From Octopus sinensis (Eukaryota): a stretch of DNA of 15,468 bases. Shown in pieces: positions 8,557 to 15,468 of this stretch; positions within the stretch are counted from its first letter, which is position 1; each line of letters begins with the position of its first letter. The notes beneath the pieces were generated by a model. It saw only the letters and a program-made list of their open reading frames with translations, searched no databases and was not told where the DNA came from. Where the stretch lies: contig NW_021825486.1 in the NCBI RefSeq assembly GCF_006345805.1, forward strand, positions 1-15,468, in the 5' to 3' direction. The translations under genes were made by a program, and so were the position numbers.

Positions 8557-10014
8557 CACTAGGTGCAAAAAAAACCGTTTTTTTAAATACGGCATATTTT
8601 GCAAAGATAACCGTGATTTTTCTTTGTCGATATCGAAAGGGATCATTAAATTAACCCTAAATCAATTTTGTTATATTTTTTTTGTATTGTGTTATATGTC
8701 TAAATTAAAAATTTTAATTACACGAGCGCAATAAAAAACCGTTTATTTTGGTGAGTGTGACATTTTTTTTTTTTTTTAGAATTTTAAACTCGATAAAATT
8801 ACGAATGCTTGATGTAATAACAAAAGGAAAGATTCTAAGCTTGAATGCGTTAAATTGGACCACTAAAAAAATATCTGACGAGCTTAATATCCCGCGATCA
8901 ACTATCGCTGACTTCATCCGAAAATTCATTAAATATGGTACGACTGAAACAATGAAAGGTTCGGGGAGACCAAAAATGCTTAATAAGGACGATATCCTTA
9001 TTTTACTCAACCTGGTTAAAGAGGACCCCCCAAAAAAAGCTGATTGCTTAAGGAATGATCTCCGTAAAATAACCGGAAGAACAGTCGGTAAAAGATCCAT
9101 CGCAAATTATTTAAGAAGGGAGCAAATATATGCTCGTGTATGTAGAAAAAAACCATTATTGAACAAAATAAATAGTGAAAAACGCTATAACATGGCAAAG
9201 CATTTCATTACTGTGCCAAACACTGAATGGATGAGGACAATTTTCAGTGACGAATGCAGTTTCGAAGTTTTTAATATTAAAAAACGGCAATATTGTTATC
9301 GGAAAAACAATACAGGCCTTCAAAAAAGCAACCTTTCGCCTACTGTAAAATTTGGTGGGGGGAAGTTATGGTCTGGGGCTGTTTTTCCTATTACGGAATG
9401 GGCTCGCTTGCTTTTATACACGGGAATATGAATTCCGCACTTTATATCAACACACTATGTAACCATTTATGGGAATCTGCAAAAAAATGGAGCTTAGTGA
9501 CTTTATTTTCCAACAAGACATGGCACCATGTGATACTTCCAGATGACTATGCGATTTTTTCAAGAAAAGAAAGTAAACCTTTTACCATGGGCACCTCAAT
9601 CACCGGATTTAAATCCGATCGAACATATATGGGCTCATATGAAGAGGGAATTAAACACCTTTCATCCAAAGAATGTTTCGGAATTGAAAGAAAAAATCGA
9701 AAATATTTGGAACGAAATACCGATTAGTTTTATAAAAAAATTAATCGAAAGCATGCCGAATAGAGCACAAAAGCTTTTTAAGGCAAAAGGGGACCATATT
9801 GAATACTAACTTTAAATAATCAAAAATAAAACGGTTTTTTATTGCGTTTGATTTTTTGTTAGTTATAATTTGTTAAGTAAAAATGATTACAAGTTCAAAT
9901 ATAAAAATAAAACTAGTGTTAAAAAATGATAAATTATTCAATTCTTTAATAAAAACAATATAGTTGCATAGTAAATTTTTGATATTTCGAAAAAACGGTT
10001 TTTTTTGCACCTAG
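8557..10014 (+). mobile_element. Tc1-family DD34E transposon with IR/DR ends (element 3); right terminus truncated
   Basis: Left end is TA (8555-8556) then cactaggtgcaaaaaaaaccgttttt. The right end aaaaaacggttttttttgcacctag stops at 10014 without the final TG or the TA. Inner repeats cgcaataaaaaaccgttt(t)atttt(t)g at 8727-8750 and, inverted, 9821-9846. Confidence 0.93.
8805..9809 (+). CDS. Tc1 DD34E transposase (about 335 aa once three 1-nt deletions are restored)
   Basis: Runs MLDVITKGKIL (ATG 8805), HTH region, GRPK, TIFSDEC, VMVWGCF, FIFQQDMAP and WAPQSPDLNPIEHIW to KAKGDHIEY* (9809). The three ORF pieces are linked by -1 shifts at ~9362, ~9482 and ~9541, with no internal stop in the restored frame. 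D-to-E spacing is 34 after restoration. Confidence 0.9.
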
Positions 10015-10029
10015 AAAGATAATTGAGAG

Positions 10030-10560
10030 CTGTTTATAGGGCTAAGCTTTCAAATAATCCTTTTTCCCATATTTGTAAATAACAGAAAATAAAGTCACCA
10101 AAACAGACGATTAATGACGAAACTATTCTATTTTTAGATACGAATAATACAGAAAATGTCAATATTGACGCAAACAAATATGCAAATTATTAACTAGTAC
10201 ATTTCTTCTTCAGCTAATGAACTCGACAGTCTTTTCATCAGAGCATTTCTTCCACATTTCTGATATTTCGTCCTGTTCATCAAAATTGGTATGAACGATT
10301 CCCAGCTGGTAAACCCGTATTTGTATTATTGACTTAATCTACTTCATAGGGATAGGAAAAAATTGTGTCAAATCGGCGGTATCATGTTAATGATCTTTCA
10401 ATTATGTTAAATGACTTTTCAAAAATTTAAGACATTAGTCGATTGAATATAATCTGGATTTTCTCTTTTTCATGACATTAACTTAAACAAATCTGTTTCG
10501 TCATCCTCTGCAATAATTCTTTTTGATAAATGTATCAAATCATATTTTGATTGTATTTAC
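10030..10560 (-). other. Unidentified coding-like segment, possibly a micro-intron host gene divergent from TMC
   Basis: Protein-like open stretches IQSKYDLIHLSKRIIAEDDETDLF, VYQLGIVHTNFDEQDEISEMWKKCSDEK and IVSSLIVCFGDFIFCYLQIWEKGLFESLAL*. No consistent splice model and no family recognised. Confidence 0.25.
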
Positions 10561-10714
10561 TAAATAAGACAATATAATTTTTTAAATCTTAAAAATTGTT
10601 TTCGCTGAGTAAAATTTTATTCTTATTGGAATGCTAATTATTGATTGTGTTCTTATTTTATTGGGTTAACTATTTAAATTAAATTTAGCGACTTTTTCAG
10701 TTTTCGATTAACAA

Positions 10715-12828
10715 ATGGAACATACGTTAATCACGGATGACTACGAGCTTTATAAAAATGAAATTAAAAATGCCATTCAAATGGACAGCCATTTTGAGAA
10801 AAACGAAGTCTCAGTCTCATTTCTAAACGGCCTGATCAAAGATTTGCCATTAACAATAAATCAAAAAATATGTCTCAGGTTAATGGTTGAATTCATCTTA
10901 GAGACGAGCTGTACAATTTTCTTTTGAATCACTTTCTATCTCAAAAAAGAGAACCAATTCCAAACAAACGTCTAAATTTAGAAAAAATAGCAAAAATTAA
11001 CGGAAACTTTAACAAGTTCTTTCAATTTATTTACAGTTGTTTTAAAGTTGCTCATTGAAGGGACTTTTGGTTATGGAATGATGGTTTACTTCCACTTTCT
11101 GTGGGTGATCTTTGTTTTGAATTTAATTCAATTAATTTTTTTTATGTGCCTTTTTTTCGTACCACTCATAATTTCCAAAGTTCCACTCTTTTTAGCGCCT
11201 TTTACATTTTCTGACGTGTTGACGGCAAACGTAGACTTGTTTTACTATTTTAGGGTTTTATTGAAAATTCGTTCCTTTTTACGGAAACTATGACAAATTT
11301 ACGTGGAAATTTGATTTTTCTATTTTATACTATCCAATCATATTTTCAAGTTCTATTCTGCAACTGGCCTATCTTTTTTACATGTATTAATAGTATTATT
11401 AGCGATAGAGTCAACGAAAGCTATAAAGCAAAGGTTTCAGTGCAGAACTACAAGACTTTGAACGTCCACTTCATCAAAACTCTTTACGCACACCGAGGCA
11501 TATTCAGCTTAGAGTTCAAGAATAAACAAAAAGCAATTTTCTTTAGTTTAATAGTAATTTCTAAGTCAAAACATTTAGACAAAATTGGTCGACTCTAAGG
11601 AAAGGGAAAGGTGTTTGAAAACACGTGATAAACAAATTTATTACACGTTTATAAGAGCTCTAACGGGATTTGTTTCGGTAGTTCTGTTTTTTGTACACGT
11701 GATCGCTCTTTACTACGCCAATAAATTAACGATCGACAATCCTGTAACTTTGTGGGTAAAAATGAAAGGACAATCTTTGGTTGGAGTTTCTGACCTCGCT
11801 TGTGTATTTTATCGACGGATTATTATTGTCGTTGATTTCTAATTTTTTTGAAAAAGTTGAACTTTACCCCCCCGAAACAAAACTAAAATTTAAACTCATC
11901 AGGTTTGTTTTTTCTGATATTTTGATTAATTTCGATCAACATTTTTTCGGTTTACATTTATTTCTACATTCTGGTCAGTTCTGTGACTCAAAATATAATT
12001 TCTGGGATCCATGTTAGTCTTTCTAACTTACGTGACAGTGCTGGGAGAATTACGTCGGGAAAACATGTACAGACTCATTCTGGTTGAACTCTTGGGAATT
12101 CTGGGACATTTCATTTATTCTCTGTTTATCCTGTTTGATTAAATAAAATAACAAGTTTAGAAAGGTGTTTAAACGTAAAAAAGAATTTAACGTGAGTGAC
12201 AACATTGTTCAGCTCATTCAGTTCTACTCAATTGCCTCGTTTGTCTATCAAATATTTATTTAAGTTTGAGTGTGATTTTTGTGCCTCTGATCAGCATTCC
12301 AATACTTTTTTATTTATTCGGGATCTTTTTATTAAAATTTGTTTATCTAATTTTTCTAACAATTTAGATTCATATCAGTTTCTTGAATATTTCGTCGGGC
12401 AAACTTAACAAATACACTCAGTCTAACTTATTTGGAATTGTGTCCCTCATCATTGTACTTGGACTACACACCATTCCAAACTTTTTTGTTTATTTCAAGT
12501 AATAATTGATAAAACTGTATTCAGTCTGAAACCATCAGAATCGTGTGGCCCATATCGCAACACGACATTCATGTACGCATCTATGGTACAAATGATTGAA
12601 GTTGACGCGACGAGCAATAAAGCTATTTTAAGTTACAAGCATATTGTGCCTTCGTTTGCTATTTTAAATTTGTAACAATTATATAGTATAGTAGATTAAC
12701 GTGCATTTTTCTGATTATAATGGTGAAAAATATCAAAGTATCTTACAAAAACCTTGAAAAAAATATTGAAAAGGTATACCAAATTTTGTATTTTTTAGAA
12801 ACAACAAAAAAACTTAACAACTACATAA
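10715..12828 (+). CDS. TMC: Transmembrane channel-like (TMC) family protein (roughly 590 aa) with about 14 micro-introns
   Basis: The spliced translation gives TMC motifs in order: LPLTINQKICLR, LIEGTFGYGMMVYFHFLWVIFVLNL, DVLTAN|GFIENSFLFYGNY, NLWLEFLTSLV, VELYPPETKLKFKLIR, CWENYVGENMYRLI (TMC signature CWET.VGQE.Y), EFNVSDNIV, VIFVPLI and KPSESCGPY. Introns: 10879-10901, 11231-11253, 11384-11402, 11554-11578, 11744-11768, 12013-12038, 12133-12160, 12239-12264, 12341-12367, 12499-12524, 12672-12694 and 12774-12798; tentative 10970-10990 and ~11903-11934. One-nt restorations are needed at ~11280 and ~12058; junctions at 10920-10990 and 11900-12012 are unresolved; the stop is at 12826-12828 or ~12848. 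The symbol is family-level only. Confidence 0.9.
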
Positions 12829-13024
12829 CTTATATATTTTTTTTTTAAATAACGGGGATAATTCTTAAATTAAAAGTATATAGTACATGACCTGATAAAT
12901 AACCATTAGACCACAAATAACTAGTTTTAGAGCAAAAAATAAGAAAATCTGAGCCATCCAATAATCTTCGTGGTCTCAATAAAAAACGATCTCAGAGTGC
13001 AAAAAAGTGTAAAAGAACCTAATT

Positions 13025-13616
13025 CTTATTTTTCGAACGAGATTTTTCTTTTTTTAAAGATTCTAAAAATAATCGAGCAGCAATAACTCGATAAATATTT
13101 AGCGATCTCTCTATTTTTTCATTAATTTCTGCAACCAATTTCTTGACAATAGAATCAATCTCCTCAGTTATGTGGTCGGCCCTACGTTAGCATGAACTAG
13201 TAGTTGATCGGAAATAACATCAACAAGCTTATATCTTGATATTTTTTAAGTAATATCGATAGATTTGAGGTAGTCGCCTACGATTTATTGGATTTGTTGT
13301 TTTAGAGCTTTATATGTCTAAATATGTAGATAATAGTCGATTGTTGGTTCTAGAGATTTTAGACAGGAGCTTCTTAATTTGTCTAGCATTTCATTAAATT
13401 TTATGTTTGAAATAATCGCTTTCGTTTCTTCCGCATGCATATCTTGATTATAAAATAAGTAATGAGTAAATTTTTTGAAGATCAAATCCTTAAATAATTC
13501 TATTTTTTAATATTATGTGAACAAATGAAATTTTTTTGAATGATATTTGTATCATTGTTTCCTGACGAGAGAAATGGATTTGTAACAAAAAGTTGTATTA
13601 ATATAAAGTTCACTTC
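13025..13616 (-). pseudogene. Unidentified coding-like region, apparently continuous across the hAT insertion with 15011-15255
   Basis: Long protein-like stretches ELFKDLIFKKFTHYLFYNQDMHAEETKAIISNIKFNEMLDKLRSSCLKSLEPTIDYYLHI and DHITEEIDSIVKKLVAEINEKIERSLNIYRVIAARLFLESLKKRK, with several stops. The empty-site join reads in frame as YSFINNLLNCVGL-GEVNF. Confidence 0.3.
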
Positions 13617-13624
13617 CCCTAAAC

Positions 13625-15010
13625 CAGGGGTTCTCAACCTTTTTAGCTCAAGGGCCAAATCGATAATTAAGATTAGCTTCGCGGGCCGCACAAAAAATAT
13701 TTATATATTTTTATATTTTCCAAGCCGGTAACTCGCTTGCAATCCGAAGTGCAGCCACTGCTGATGGTAATGAGTTTTTGGACTCTGTTTTTTCTTTTTT
13801 TAATTTCCATTTCCTTATAAAGAATTACAAGCTAAAAAATCTAAAAAAAAGGCGTTGTAACTAAAAAGAAAGTATTATTTGTTTATTAAGTTTTTGAAAT
13901 CCGGAATAAGTAAAGTCGAAGAAGTTCGTAAAAGCTGACTCGAGTGATTATCCGTGAGATTGTTACGATATTTATTTTTTATGCGAATCATTTTCCTAAA
14001 TATTGATTCGCATAAAAAGTAGATCCAAACATTGATATATTCATATATGCATTGTGTGTTATATTTTTGAATTTGTCTTGAGGAATTAATTCGTAAAATT
14101 AATAATGGACGCTTTTTTGAACAATGCCGCCAGTTCTATATCATGTTGTAAATTAATGAGTTCTAGTTGAAACTTTGCAGGCGCATCCTTAATTTCCACG
14201 CTGAATGGAGTTGCGAATATTTTCATTAAAGGAAGGAATTTTTTAAAATTCTAAAAATTAAATTTATATAATGTACCCCAAAACGTGCTTCAAATTGATT
14301 AATTAAATCACCAATTATGGATATGTATTTTTCATAAGCAGCGCCTTCGTTGTTTTCAGATAGTGAATAAAAATGAGATGTATCTCCCTCTTTAACGGAA
14401 GTCATCCATAAATATAATTTTTCGATAAACAAAGAAATATATCATATACCTGATAACAGAGTTTGCCTTTTCCTTGTAATTCAACATTGAGATCCGACAA
14501 ATGCGTGGTTAAATCAACATAAAAAGCCAAATCGGCAATCCATCTTTCATCGTAAAGTTCATCGAAAATTACTCTGTCTTTGGTAAACTCCTTAATTTCT
14601 GGAAGCAATTTATAGAACCTTTAATAAAATATTAAGGCATTTCGAACGACTTAACCACCTCACTTCAGTATGAAAAATAACATCTCCATACTCAGCATCA
14701 ACTTCTTCCAAAAAAGATTTAAAATATCGGTGATTGAGCGCTTTTGAGCGTATCCAATAAACGATATTAACGACTTTTTTGGAAACATGTTCCATTTTAA
14801 TGGACTTGGCGATAAGATTTTCTGGTGAATTATGCAGTGATGCCATATTAATTGATCGAAACTATTTTCGGTTATATCTTTGGAACAATCAATAAATAAT
14901 TAAATTTTAACATTATTAAAAAATTAAAAAAGTTAGTTACTCTAGAGGGGCCGCAAAAAAAAATCCTGCGGGCCGCATGCGGCCCCGGGGGCCGCATTTG
15001 AGAACCGCTG
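13625..15010 (-). mobile_element. Internally deleted hAT transposon of the Buster/SPIN/Charlie group (1386 bp)
   Basis: Perfect 8-bp target duplication ccctaaac at 13617-13624 and 15011-15018, fitting nnnTAnnn. 13-bp TIR caggggttctcaa / cagcggttctcaa (1 mismatch). GC-rich subterminal gggccgca motifs at ~13683, ~14948, ~14970 and ~14989. Confidence 0.95.
13875..14846 (-). pseudogene. C-terminal half of a Buster/SPIN (GTF2IRD2/ZBED5-like) hAT transposase
   Basis: HCIIH(Q)ENL.AKS (~14839-14800), ALNHRYFKSFLEEVDAEYGDVIFHTEVRWLSR, WIADLAFYVDLTTHLSDLNVELQGK, and the dimerisation motif LCESIFRKM.IKNKYRNNLTD. The N-terminal half is missing and there are several frameshifts. Confidence 0.9.
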
Positions 15011-15412
15011 CCCTAAACCAACACAATTTAACAAATTATTAATAAAGGAATAACTAACTCATTCAAACGTAATTAATGAGTTATTTTATTTACCCATCAT
15101 CAGAAACATCATATAAATAAACAATTATAATTCTTATCTTTTTTGAAATATACACTCACAGGCGACGCCCGCGAATCGAGATGGTTTTTTGAGCGAATAT
15201 TTCTTGGATAGTGCGCTCTAACTCTTTCTCGATCGCGTCAGCCTCTCGTCACTAAAGAATTATTTTTTTAGATTACATCCATATTTGTTATTAAACTAAT
15301 AAAGTTTATCTTAGAAATAAACAATGGATGTTTTTCAATAAGTTCAAAGATAGAGGATGACTCGTATAAGAGTCATATTTAATGGACTCACGTACTTATC
15401 CTTACCCTAGTG

Positions 15413-15468
15413 CAGAGGTTTCCAAGCTTTTTTTTTACGCGCCTCCCTTAGAGAAAAATACAATCTTG
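15413..15468 (+). mobile_element. Probable left end of a second hAT (Buster/Charlie-like) element running off the window
   Basis: cagaggtttccaagcttttttt...gcgcctccctt resembles Charlie-type termini and is preceded by ccctagtg (15405-15412), which fits nnnTAnnn. The other end is not visible. Confidence 0.5.

Noticed and set aside
8714-9198. Minus-strand ORFs 8714-9100 and 9016-9198, and similar ORFs 1762-1962, 7333-7521, 2168-2350 and 13540-13731
   Set aside because: These are antisense or off-frame shadows of transposases, TIR read-through or junction-spanning frames, with no independent support.
6241-10014. Composite transposon bounded by the outer ends of elements 2 and 3
   Set aside because: Element 2 has its own TA duplication, the termini of the two elements differ, and the right end of element 3 is defective.
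707-10014. CRISPR-like or satellite reading of the recurring ~20-40 bp repeats
   Set aside because: The repeats are inverted pairs at transposon ends (IR/DR), not regularly spaced direct repeats, and the DNA is eukaryotic.
15151-15175. Possible Tc1 terminus TA|CACTCACAGG
   Set aside because: No matching inverted end or transposase nearby. The same bases are better explained as a minus-strand GTGAGT donor.
15011-15255. Naming the hAT-interrupted gene as an AAA+/ORC-like protein from the IIVYLYD Walker-B-like stretch
   Set aside because: One short hydrophobic-Asp motif with no Walker A is not enough to support a name.
1-15468. rRNA or tRNA genes
   Set aside because: No cloverleaf, A/B-box or rRNA-like conserved sequence was seen by eye; a covariance-model scan was not possible.

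Overview
AT-rich eukaryotic, probably animal, DNA; not prokaryotic. Roughly half the window is transposon-derived. It holds the 3' end of a pogo/Tigger element (1-704), three Tc1-type elements with IR/DR ends (707-2244, 6241-7684, 8557-10014), a decayed LINE reverse transcriptase (~2250-3540, minus), two restriction-like-endonuclease non-LTR fragments in opposite orientations, an internally deleted Buster/SPIN-type hAT element (13625-15010) and a probable second hAT end at 15413. The ORF track hides two host genes because ultra-short GT-AG introns (19-28 nt) break them up: a tetraspanin (3788-4632, 5 introns) and a TMC channel-family gene (10715-~12828, 12 well-supported plus 2 tentative introns). 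These micro-introns are the most striking feature. The tetraspanin also carries a 68-bp insertion with a 14-bp duplication. Many frameshifts are single-base losses in homopolymer runs, which suggests unpolished long-read error, so some apparent pseudogenes may be intact. A reduced parasitic animal (myxozoan- or dicyemid-like) is a plausible source, but that is inference only. All family assignments come from remembered motifs, not database searches.
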